Positions 9,787 to 20,685 of a stretch of DNA of 64,000 bases are shown piece after piece. This DNA is from an uncultured Acidobacteriota bacterium (GTDB taxonomy: Bacteria > Acidobacteriota > Terriglobia > UBA7540). A program made the translations under genes and the position numbers. How positions within the stretch are numbered: the first letter of the stretch is position 1; every line of letters begins with the position of its first letter. The stretch spans positions 9,273-73,272 of the forward strand of contig CAVXWN010000025.1 in NCBI GenBank assembly GCA_963765485.1. The letters are read 5' to 3'. Below the pieces are notes generated by a model that was not told the origin of the DNA, ran no database searches, and saw only the letters and a program-made list of their open reading frames with translations.

Positions 9787-10260
9787 ATGCGACATCGTAA
9801 TTACGGAAAAAAACTAAGCCGGAACACCGAGCACCGCCGGGCTCTGATGCGCAATCTGGTCACATCGTTGATTCTGAAAGAGCGAATTGAGACCACGGTT
9901 GCAAAGGCAAAGGCGGCCCGTCCGGTCGTCGAGCGAATGATCACATTGGGGAAACGGGGTGACCTGCATGCCCGCCGGCTGGCAGCGGGATACCTGCTGG
10001 ACCCCGCCGCGCTCAAGTTGCTCTTCGGCGATGTTTCCCGGCGTTACGCTGACCGCAGGGGCGGCTATACACGGATCGTACGAACCGGGTGGCGAAAGGG
10101 CGACGGAGCCGACTTAGCTGTGCTGGAACTGGTAGACTCAGAGGTTCTGCAAAAGCTGGCAGAGAAGCGTGCCAAGAAAGCTGAAACCAAGCGGCAGGCA
10201 GCGGAAAAAGCCCAGGCTGAGCAGCAGGCCGCGCCGCCCGAAGAGGACGAAAAGAGTTAA
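9787..10260 (+). CDS. rplQ: 50S ribosomal protein L17 (K/E/A-rich C-terminal tail)
   Basis: The internal ATG 9787 gives [24 protein letters not shown], the canonical L17 start. It is the last gene of the alpha operon. Confidence 0.93.
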   Translation: MRHRNYGKKLSRNTEHRRALMRNLVTSLILKERIETTVAKAKAARPVVERMITLGKRGDLHARRLAAGYLLDPAALKLLFGDVSRRYADRRGGYTRIVRTGWRKGDGADLAVLELVDSEVLQKLAEKRAKKAETKRQAAEKAQAEQQAAPPEEDEKS

Positions 10261-10305
10261 CATCTCCGTCATTTGATGGGGTGATCCATCAACCGCCCCT
10301 CCGAT

Positions 10306-10346
10306 CCTGACCCGGAGCGTTTGACCCCGGGTCGGGATTTCTTTTT
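10306..10346 (+). terminator. Rho-independent terminator after rplQ
   Basis: A 10-bp stem pairs cctgacccgg (10306-10315) with ccgggtcggg (10327-10336), including one G-U. The loop is 11 nt, and atttcttttt follows. Confidence 0.7.
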
Positions 10347-10437
10347 GCCGAGCGTCGTGCTGAGGAACGTTTCTTCCAGATGCCGACTGCCTTCCGGGGT
10401 TTAACGCAGCGAAGAAGGGTGGGGAGGTCGTTCCAAC

Positions 10438-11433
10438 TCAGGCCGAGGGGAAGAAGTGGCACAGCAAGAGGAAGCATGCCGAGGAAACGAGGGCAGAGGC
10501 GGGAATGGTCAGCACCCAGGCCCAGACAATCTTTCTTGCCACCCCCCAGTGCACGGCGGTCAGCCGCTGCACGCTGCCGACACCCATGATGGCTCCGGCA
10601 ATGGTATGAGTAGTTGAAACCGGGATGCCGAATGATGCTGCGCCCAAGAGACTGACTGCGGCTGCCGTCTCGGCACAGAATCCCCCCACCGGTTTTAGGC
10701 GCGTAATCCTCATTCCCATCGTCCTGACGATTCGCCAGCCCCCCGCCAACGTTCCCAGCCCAATGGCAGCATGGGCCATCAGCACAACCCAGAAGGGGAT
10801 ATAGAAGTGGTCGAGAATTCCCGCCGTGAAGAGCACTCCGGCAATGATTCCCATCGTCTTCTGAGCGTCATTCGTACCGTGGCCGAAGCTGTAGGCGGCG
10901 GCGGAAAGGAGCTGCAATTTGCGGAAGTAGCGGTCGACACGCTGGGGTGAAAAGTTACGGAACAGCCAGTACACGGCAGTCATAAGTCCCGCGCCCAGAA
11001 GCATTCCCATGATCGGTGAAAGGCCGATGAAAAGGAGAGTGTGCGTCCAGCCTCCCGGGATGATCACTTTCCATCCCGCTTTGGCCACTGCTGCACCAGC
11101 GTAACCACCGATCAACGCGTGTGAGGAACTGATGGGCAGGCCATAGTACCAAGTGAGGATGTCCCACACAATCGCGCCGAGGAGGCCGGCGAGAATGACG
11201 TATAGGTTGACGAATTCGAGATGGATCATCCCGTGCCCCATGGTCCTGGCCACGGCGGTGCCAAATGTAAAGGCTGCAACGAAGTTGAAGAATGCCGCCC
11301 AAATGACTGCAATTCGCGGTGACAGCACCCTGGTCGAGACCACGGTGGCAATGGAGTTGGCGGCATCGTGGAAGCCATTCAAGAAATCGAAGGCCAGAGC
11401 GACCAAGGTGAGAAAAACGGCAAACCAGAACAT
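10438..11433 (-). CDS. pitA: inorganic phosphate transporter, PiT family
   Basis: 331 aa and polytopic. Both PiT signature repeats are present: N-terminal FLNGFHDAANSIATVVSTR and a second GTNDAQKTMGII. Confidence 0.9.
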   Translation of the reverse strand: MFWFAVFLTLVALAFDFLNGFHDAANSIATVVSTRVLSPRIAVIWAAFFNFVAAFTFGTAVARTMGHGMIHLEFVNLYVILAGLLGAIVWDILTWYYGLPISSSHALIGGYAGAAVAKAGWKVIIPGGWTHTLLFIGLSPIMGMLLGAGLMTAVYWLFRNFSPQRVDRYFRKLQLLSAAAYSFGHGTNDAQKTMGIIAGVLFTAGILDHFYIPFWVVLMAHAAIGLGTLAGGWRIVRTMGMRITRLKPVGGFCAETAAAVSLLGAASFGIPVSTTHTIAGAIMGVGSVQRLTAVHWGVARKIVWAWVLTIPASALVSSACFLLLCHFFPSA

Positions 11434-11556
11434 AATTTTTCGCGTGAAGGAGCTTTTGCGGTCCCCATTCGGAGGTTCACGCGCATCGAACCGCTACGGA
11501 TTCAGATTGATGCTGGGTCGGTTCTTAAGACCCTGCGGGCAAGACTTCCTGAGTTC

Positions 11557-12168
11557 TCATGAGCCTTTCAGAACGACCGCCGCCAGGACGTCCGATACGT
11601 CTTCGCACTTGTCGGTGGCAGCTTCCAGCACTTCGTAAATCTCTTTCCATTTAATGATCTCGATGGCTTCCATCGAGTCCTCGAACAACTTGGCGATGCA
11701 TTCGCCTTTGATGCGGTCGCTCTCTTCTTCAATCTGATTGAGCTGCTCGCAGTATTTCAGGATATTTTGGGGCTTGCTGAGTTCTGAAACGGCTTTCAAC
11801 AGTATCTCTGACCCTCGCAGGATGACGTTGGCCAGTTGAACAGCCCCGGGCGTTACGAATTTCACCTTGTAGGTGATGAGCCGACTCGCTGCCGCGTCCA
11901 CCAGATCCATGACGTCATCAAGCGCCGAACTTAGGGCGTGGATGTCCTCCCGGTCAAAAGGGGTGATGAAGGTCTGGTTCAGCTTCGTCATCACGGAGCG
12001 CGTTAACTGGTCTCCCTTGTGTTCCGCAGCTTTGATCTCCGCAACCCGTTTTTCAACCTCGCTAAAATCCCCGAAAAGGACAACCAACTTTTGGGCCGCT
12101 TTGTGGATATTGTCGGCCTGTTGGTTGAAAAGATCGTAGAACTTTCCATCACGTGGGATGAGTTGCAC
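11557..12168 (-). CDS. DUF47-family (PhoU-like) phosphate-transport regulator partner of PiT
   Basis: Contains GKFYDLFNQQADNIHKAAQKL, AEHKGDQLTRSV, FITPFDREDIHAL and DDVMD. Start set to GTG 12168, which lies 6 nt after AGAGGA. The gene is directly upstream of and co-oriented with PiT. Confidence 0.85.
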   Translation of the reverse strand: MQLIPRDGKFYDLFNQQADNIHKAAQKLVVLFGDFSEVEKRVAEIKAAEHKGDQLTRSVMTKLNQTFITPFDREDIHALSSALDDVMDLVDAAASRLITYKVKFVTPGAVQLANVILRGSEILLKAVSELSKPQNILKYCEQLNQIEEESDRIKGECIAKLFEDSMEAIEIIKWKEIYEVLEAATDKCEDVSDVLAAVVLKGS

Positions 12169-12508
12169 TGTGGTTCCTCTTGTGTTGAAGTGCGGCAATG
12201 AATTCTTATCTACTTGCGCCCAAAACGCAAGGGACACAACGCCCGGTCTGCTAAGCTATTGAAGATACAGCATATAGCTAGGCGCCGTCCGTTCGCAGCG
12301 ACCTCGTTTGGCTAACATGGCGCACCAAAATCCGGGTCAGACCCAGGCCGCCAGGGTCCACTGGACTTATGAAGCGCGCATTCGTAATGGCTCTTCAGTC
12401 GGAGACTTCACTGAGCGTTCAATCGTCCTTCATGCTTTCTTAACAGCACGGTGTGAAGAATAGGAGCGTATGCCGTTGATTGAGCCTTGATTCAGGAAGG
12501 ATTCTGCT

Positions 12509-12937
12509 ATGCGGGAGAGGATTAGGGCACTCTTAGTCCACGACCGTCTTGAACCGATGGGCTCCCTTAGGCTAGCCCTCGAGGGCCAGTCCATCGAAAC
12601 CCAGAGTGTAAGCACCTGCCAGGAAGCTAACCACGCCCTGTGGGGGCGCCAGCCGCCACATTTGGTACTTGCTGATTCCCGACTCCCCAGCAGGTCATGG
12701 GAGGACCTCGTCTTTTTGGCTGCGAGGGCTCCAGTTCCTGTCAACGTGATCGTGGTTTCAGCAGTCGTCGATATCGCCTTATACTTGGAATCCATCCAAC
12801 TTGGCGCATTCGATTTCATTGTTCCCCCTATGTCCCTGCCGGACTTTACCCATGTTATACAGTCTGCGGTGGATAATGTGCTGCGGCGGAGGGAATCCCA
12901 AACGGAAGGTTTGCCACTGGCCGAGACGGTGAAATGA
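12509..12937 (+). CDS. stand-alone receiver (REC)-like domain protein with a degenerate active site
   Basis: 142 aa with a (beta-alpha)5-like pattern: ALLVHD, HLVLADSRLP (phospho-Asp position retained), VIVVSA, and GAFDFIVPP, where the conserved Lys of the K-P motif is replaced by Val. AGGAAGGA lies upstream of the ATG. Confidence 0.55.
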   Translation: MRERIRALLVHDRLEPMGSLRLALEGQSIETQSVSTCQEANHALWGRQPPHLVLADSRLPSRSWEDLVFLAARAPVPVNVIVVSAVVDIALYLESIQLGAFDFIVPPMSLPDFTHVIQSAVDNVLRRRESQTEGLPLAETVK

Positions 12938-13450
12938 GAGGGAGGAATCGCCCGGCCTCACCCAATTCCGAGCCTCTGAACAAGGAGGCGTGGCTGTCCT
13001 GCCTGGTGGACTGAACTCGCAGAAAGCCTCATTCATCTCATCAAATCCCGGCCAAGTTTGTTTCTACTAGTCGGTTTCCTCATTCATGACGATGGTTCTA
13101 GGGCGCCACGGGGGCATAGTCGGGCTGGCGCCGCGTCGCCCGGCGTGCGATTTTCTTGACTCTGCGTTTTGGGTATAATGAAGTCTAGAAACCGTAGCGG
13201 CGACTTTCTGCATCTAAAATATCACGAGCCGGAACAATGGATGTGTATAAGGGTGAATCCAGGAGGATTTGAGGTGGCACGTCAAGGTGGGCTCTTCCGC
13301 TGGACCATTGATAACCAGATGGGCGGGGCCGCGTCGAATCTATTTCGGGGGGAGCGAGTCCGCTGACCGCCCCTGCGGGAGAAGCGGTTATCCCTGGGCA
13401 TGTCCATTCGAGATGGAGGTTGCTCGCCGGAGCAAAGGAGGAACACTTCA

Positions 13451-14989
13451 ATGCGCGCTAACACAAAACGATTCTTGCGCGAGAATCTATTCGGGTTGAG
13501 CTTGACTCTCATCGGCGTAGTCTGCCTGACCCTATCGGGCTTGCTTTATGAAGGGCACCGTATCTTCCCACAATTTGCGCTAGCGGAGGGTTCTGGGTTG
13601 GATGGACCGGAGATCGAAACTCTGGAGCGGCAAAATAAAGCCTACGAGCGAATCGCCGAGTCGGTTACACCCGCGATTGTAGCCATCCAATCGACGCAAG
13701 TCATCAAGGTGCAACAGTCGCCGTTTATGATGGACCCGTTTTTCCGGCAGTTCTTCGGCAACCAGATTCCGCAGTTCAATGTGCCCCGGGAGCAGCGCGA
13801 GCACGCCCTGGGAAGCGGTGTGATCGTCTCGGGAGACGGATACATCGTGACCAACAATCACGTTGTCTCAAAAGCGACGGAGATTGAGGTTATACTTTCG
13901 GACCGGAGACACTTTAAGGGCAAAGTGGTGGGCGCAGACCCGCAGACTGACGTCGCCGTGGTGAAGATAGACGCGCATAACCTGCCTGTTGTGCCCTTTG
14001 GTGATTCAGGGCAAATGAAGGTCGGTGATACCGTGATGGCGTTCGGGAATCCCTTCGGGCAGTACTTCACGGTGACACGCGGGAGCGTGAGCGCGCTCGG
14101 CAGGTCCCTTTCTGATCCTGACAAGTTCGAAGATTTCATTCAGACGGACGCCGCTATTAACCCCGGAAATTCGGGGGGCGCGCTGGTGAACGTGCGCGGG
14201 CAGGTGATTGGCATCAATACGGCGATCCTCAGCGGAAACTCAGGTCCCGGCGGAGAGGGTGGCTTTATCGGAATTGGTTTTGCCATTCCCTCCAACACCG
14301 CGAAGCACGTTATGGAAGATTTGATCAAGACGGGTAAGGTATCGCGAGGGTATCTGGGCGTCAGCATCGGGAGCTTAAGTGACGACCTGGCCAAGCAGTT
14401 CAAGGTTCCAGACACCTCGGGGGCATTAGTCCAAGATGTTACGCCCGGCGGACCGGCCGATAAAGCGGGCCTCAAGAACGGGGACGTGATCCGCAAACTG
14501 AACGGCCAGACTGTCGAAGGCAATGGCCAATTGACGGCCATGGTCACCAATCTAAACCCGGGGACTGAAGTGACCCTAGACATAATCCGAGACGGGAAAC
14601 CGATGACCACTCGCCTCTCGCTGGGTGAGCGGCCCGCCAATCTGAGCGCCACAGTCGGTGGCGCGGGCAAAGCTCCCCCGGAAGGAACGCTGCGCGGAAT
14701 TACGGTGCAGAACCTCACACCTGACATTCGCGATCAGTTGGGCCTACCCAATAATGTTCGGGGAGTGGTAATCACTGAGGTTGATCCCAGTAGCCCTGCT
14801 GGCCAGACCCTCCAGCAAGGTGATGTCATCGAAAGCATCGATCGCCACCCGGTGAATTCGGTCACGGATTTTAATCGCTTGGCGGCTGAGGCAAAGGGGA
14901 AAACGCTGCTGCGCGTCATCCGGCAAGGCTACGGATCTTATGTGGTGATATCTCCTGACGGTGACAGCGGGGGCGACGATAATCAGTGA
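13451..14989 (+). CDS. htrA: periplasmic serine endoprotease, HtrA/DegP/DegQ family with two PDZ domains
   Basis: The catalytic triad contexts are TNNHVV, DVAVVKI and GNSGGALVN. Two PDZ-like segments follow (YLGVSIG...GDVI and GVVITEV...GDVIESID). The N-terminal region is hydrophobic. ATG 13451 is preceded by AAGGAGG. Confidence 0.92.
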   Translation: MRANTKRFLRENLFGLSLTLIGVVCLTLSGLLYEGHRIFPQFALAEGSGLDGPEIETLERQNKAYERIAESVTPAIVAIQSTQVIKVQQSPFMMDPFFRQFFGNQIPQFNVPREQREHALGSGVIVSGDGYIVTNNHVVSKATEIEVILSDRRHFKGKVVGADPQTDVAVVKIDAHNLPVVPFGDSGQMKVGDTVMAFGNPFGQYFTVTRGSVSALGRSLSDPDKFEDFIQTDAAINPGNSGGALVNVRGQVIGINTAILSGNSGPGGEGGFIGIGFAIPSNTAKHVMEDLIKTGKVSRGYLGVSIGSLSDDLAKQFKVPDTSGALVQDVTPGGPADKAGLKNGDVIRKLNGQTVEGNGQLTAMVTNLNPGTEVTLDIIRDGKPMTTRLSLGERPANLSATVGGAGKAPPEGTLRGITVQNLTPDIRDQLGLPNNVRGVVITEVDPSSPAGQTLQQGDVIESIDRHPVNSVTDFNRLAAEAKGKTLLRVIRQGYGSYVVISPDGDSGGDDNQ

Positions 14990-15014
14990 TTTTGCGCTGC
15001 GCTTCGCCGACCAC

Positions 15015-15046
15015 CCGCAGGGGGACGGCTAGCCGTCCCCCTGCGG
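15015..15046 (+). terminator. strong GC hairpin after htrA (no U-tract)
   Basis: ccgcagggggacgg-cta-gccgtccccctgcgg is a near-perfect 14-bp palindrome lying 26 nt after the htrA stop. Confidence 0.5.
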
Positions 15047-15155
15047 CCTTACAACTGACCCCTTACCCGGACTGTGGCGGCTGGTGAAATCGCCGTCGCG
15101 GTCCACCCTCTCCCCTTGGGAGAGTGCAGACCCCCTTCAGGTAGAGAAGCGTGGG

Positions 15156-16031
15156 ATGCGACGCGGGAAGAAGCTTGCGATGACGTGGGCCATCGGAGTG
15201 GCTGCTGCGCTTCTCTTGACTGCCATAGGAATCCGCCTCTTCGAGAATTCCTTCATCTACTTCCCGCCGCGTTTCCCGGAAGGATTCCCCCCGCCGGAAC
15301 TCTACGGACAACAGGTCGAGGAGGTCTGGTTAACCACGTTCGATAGAGTCAGGGTTAACGCATGGTATTTTCGGAACCCCGCCTCGGAGAAGGCGCTCGT
15401 GTGGTTTCACGGGAACGCGGAAAACATCGGCCATGGGCTCCTACAGCTCGGGTTCTACTCGCGTCTTGGGATCAATGTACTTGCCGTGGATTACCGGGGG
15501 TACGGGAAGAGCGAAGGTTCACCGGACGAAATGGGCGTCTATCGCGATGCCGACGCAGCCTATGACTACCTGATCCGGGAGCGGCATATCCAACCCCAGA
15601 ACATTTTCATTTATGGACATTCACTAGGGGGCGCGGTGGCTGTCGACCTCGCCTCCCGGCGCGAGTGCGGCGGCCTGATTGTGCAAAGCTCCTTCACGTC
15701 AGTCAGGGAGATGGCGCGGCGCACGTTTCACATTCCGCTTCTCGAATACATCCCCAAGAGCCAGTTCAACTCCCTCGCCAAGATTCCGCGGGTTCGAGCC
15801 CCTATGTTAATCGTTCACGGAACGCGCGACGAAACCGTCCCGTTCTCCTTGGGTCAGCGGCTCTTCGCCGCGGCGCCCGAACCCAAGTTTTTCTTTCCAG
15901 TGCAGGACGCTGGGCACAATAATGTGGTGGAGGTCGGGGGAGCGGGCCTTCTCGGCCAATTCAAGTTTTTCTTGGAGCAACACCCTGTGGTAAGACGTGT
16001 TTATGGCAAACACTCAGAGCAGCACGTTTAG
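15156..16031 (+). CDS. alpha/beta-fold hydrolase (membrane-anchored, S9/ABHD-like)
   Basis: ATG 15156 gives a basic plus hydrophobic N-terminus. Motifs include WFHGNAEN, the nucleophile elbow GHSLGG, HGTRDETV and AGHNN. Confidence 0.8.
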   Translation: MRRGKKLAMTWAIGVAAALLLTAIGIRLFENSFIYFPPRFPEGFPPPELYGQQVEEVWLTTFDRVRVNAWYFRNPASEKALVWFHGNAENIGHGLLQLGFYSRLGINVLAVDYRGYGKSEGSPDEMGVYRDADAAYDYLIRERHIQPQNIFIYGHSLGGAVAVDLASRRECGGLIVQSSFTSVREMARRTFHIPLLEYIPKSQFNSLAKIPRVRAPMLIVHGTRDETVPFSLGQRLFAAAPEPKFFFPVQDAGHNNVVEVGGAGLLGQFKFFLEQHPVVRRVYGKHSEQHV

Positions 16032-16314
16032 CATCCGGCTGAAACCGGGAGTCAGGAAGCGACTGGCGAGACTGGCTAAGGCCTCAGGTCGGAGTTCTAA
16101 TTTCCTTATTTCCGACGCCGTGGAGTCTTATGTTGTTGACCAGGAAAGGTTGCGGGCGGAAATCCGCCAAGCCGACCGTCAAGTGCGCGCCGGCCACTAT
16201 ATCAAGCACGAGGATATGAAGGCCTGGCTCCTGTCCTGGGGGCCCGACCATGAGTTGCCGCCGCCTAAATGCGCATGCGGCAGGGAGCATCACGACGAGG
16301 CCCTGTGCCGATAG
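16003..16314 (+). CDS. ribbon-helix-helix (CopG/ParD-like) antitoxin
   Basis: FSIRLKPGVRKRLARLAKASGRSSNFLISDAVESYV fits an RHH strand followed by two helices. Its stop overlaps the start of the ParE-like ORF. Confidence 0.75.
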   Translation: MANTQSSTFSIRLKPGVRKRLARLAKASGRSSNFLISDAVESYVVDQERLRAEIRQADRQVRAGHYIKHEDMKAWLLSWGPDHELPPPKCACGREHHDEALCR

Positions 16315-16589
16315 AAATCACTTGGTCCCCTCTGGCGCGAGCGCGCCTGCATGAGATCCGCCCCTATGTAGCGCTGGAGAATCCCGCGGCCGCAGAGCCA
16401 TTGGCCACGCGCATTGCGGCGGTCGTGGAAGCTTTAAGAGATTATCCCTATTTGGGCCGGTCAGGGGCCGAGCCGGGAATTCGAGAGTTGGTTATCGGCG
16501 GGACGCCCTACATCGTTCTCTACCGAATGCGGGGCAAGCGGGTCACGATCAATACGATTTGGCATGGCGCGCAACGGAAGGAAGCCTGA
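16305..16589 (+). CDS. ParE/RelE-superfamily toxin
   Basis: GTG 16305 gives VPIEITWSPLARARLHEI...YPYLGRSG...RELVIGGTPYIVLYRMRGKRVTINTIWHGAQ, a typical ParE pattern. It overlaps the antitoxin by 10 nt. Confidence 0.75.
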   Translation: MPIEITWSPLARARLHEIRPYVALENPAAAEPLATRIAAVVEALRDYPYLGRSGAEPGIRELVIGGTPYIVLYRMRGKRVTINTIWHGAQRKEA

Positions 16590-16614
16590 GACAACCCTCC
16601 ATCGCGCCCCCAAG

Positions 16615-17157
16615 TTACTTGGCCCAAAATCCGGACGCGGCAATGGCCAAACCGACAAGCCCCGCTAGACCTCCTAGTTGCCTAAACCGTTTTCGCCGGG
16701 TTAGCAACGTGAGCGAGGTTAAAACGATTCCTAGTTCCAGGCAGACTTCCCCCAGGTCAAATCGGTTGGCTTTGTGTTGTTGGGTCGCGACTTCTTTCTC
16801 AAGCTGTTGAGCCTCTGATTGAATATCCTTCTGTTCATCCTCGTAGCGTTCAATTTCGCGACTGTATTTCTTTTTTATTTCTTCTGCGGCCTCAGCGTCT
16901 TTTGGGTTCAGGACTGAAAGAAGGTCCAGGAACAACTCGTCGGTGTGGCGGCGAATGTTCCTGGCCTGGAAATATGCCCACTGATCAGTGGCCTTGTTTT
17001 GAAGGAGTAATTCCTCGGTGTGCGCGCGGTGGCCAAGAAGGGAGATGGCGGCCAGCACGACGGCGAGGATTGCCATCGATAATGTAACAGGCACCAAACC
17101 TGGGTCTCGATGAGCTTCTTCTGCGTTCTCGTGCAGTTCCTGAATCTCTTCGGTCAT
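16615..17157 (-). CDS. DUF4337-family membrane protein
   Basis: ATG 17157 is preceded by GAGGAG. Features include MTEEIQELHENAEEAH, a TM segment AILAVVLAAISLLG, NKATDQWAYFQARNIRRH, and a C-terminal TM segment. Confidence 0.7.
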   Translation of the reverse strand: MTEEIQELHENAEEAHRDPGLVPVTLSMAILAVVLAAISLLGHRAHTEELLLQNKATDQWAYFQARNIRRHTDELFLDLLSVLNPKDAEAAEEIKKKYSREIERYEDEQKDIQSEAQQLEKEVATQQHKANRFDLGEVCLELGIVLTSLTLLTRRKRFRQLGGLAGLVGLAIAASGFWAK

Positions 17158-17213
17158 AGCCACTCCTCTATATTTCCGGGAATCTTGGAATGGAGCCGCG
17201 TTGGACCGCAATG

Positions 17214-20441
<3,228 letters not shown>

Positions 20442-20532
20442 CGGTGCCCTGCCGCCCTCTGGCCAGCGCGATCCTCGCTGCCAGAACGCGTAATGCTACA
20501 GCCGCACGCCCCTCGCCTAGCGTAACCTTTCT

Positions 20533-20561
20533 ATTCTAAAGCTCTGGGCCGATGTTGACAA
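20533..20561 (-). promoter_or_regulatory. sigma-70-type promoter for secA
   Basis: The minus strand reads TTGTCA, a 17-nt spacer, then TAGAAT. This lies about 90 nt upstream of the secA ATG. Confidence 0.55.
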
Positions 20562-20685
20562 GGAACTATCGAGCCTCGTAGCGGTGCCATCGGCTCGCAT
20601 TTCGTAACGGACGCCATTCCAAAAGACGCCACTACCTGCGCCTCGGCACTAACGCATGCCTGACTGGCACTGCCCCTGGACTCGG

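Noticed and set aside
13156-13179. TTGACT ... TATAAT as a canonical sigma-70 promoter
   Set aside because: The two hexamers are only 12 nt apart, against the expected 16-18 nt. It is mentioned in a finding but not annotated as a promoter.
13169-13366. 65-aa ORF in the htrA upstream region (contains AGGAGG-N7-GTG internally)
   Set aside because: No family resemblance, odd composition, and an overlap with the putative leader. Evidence for coding is insufficient.
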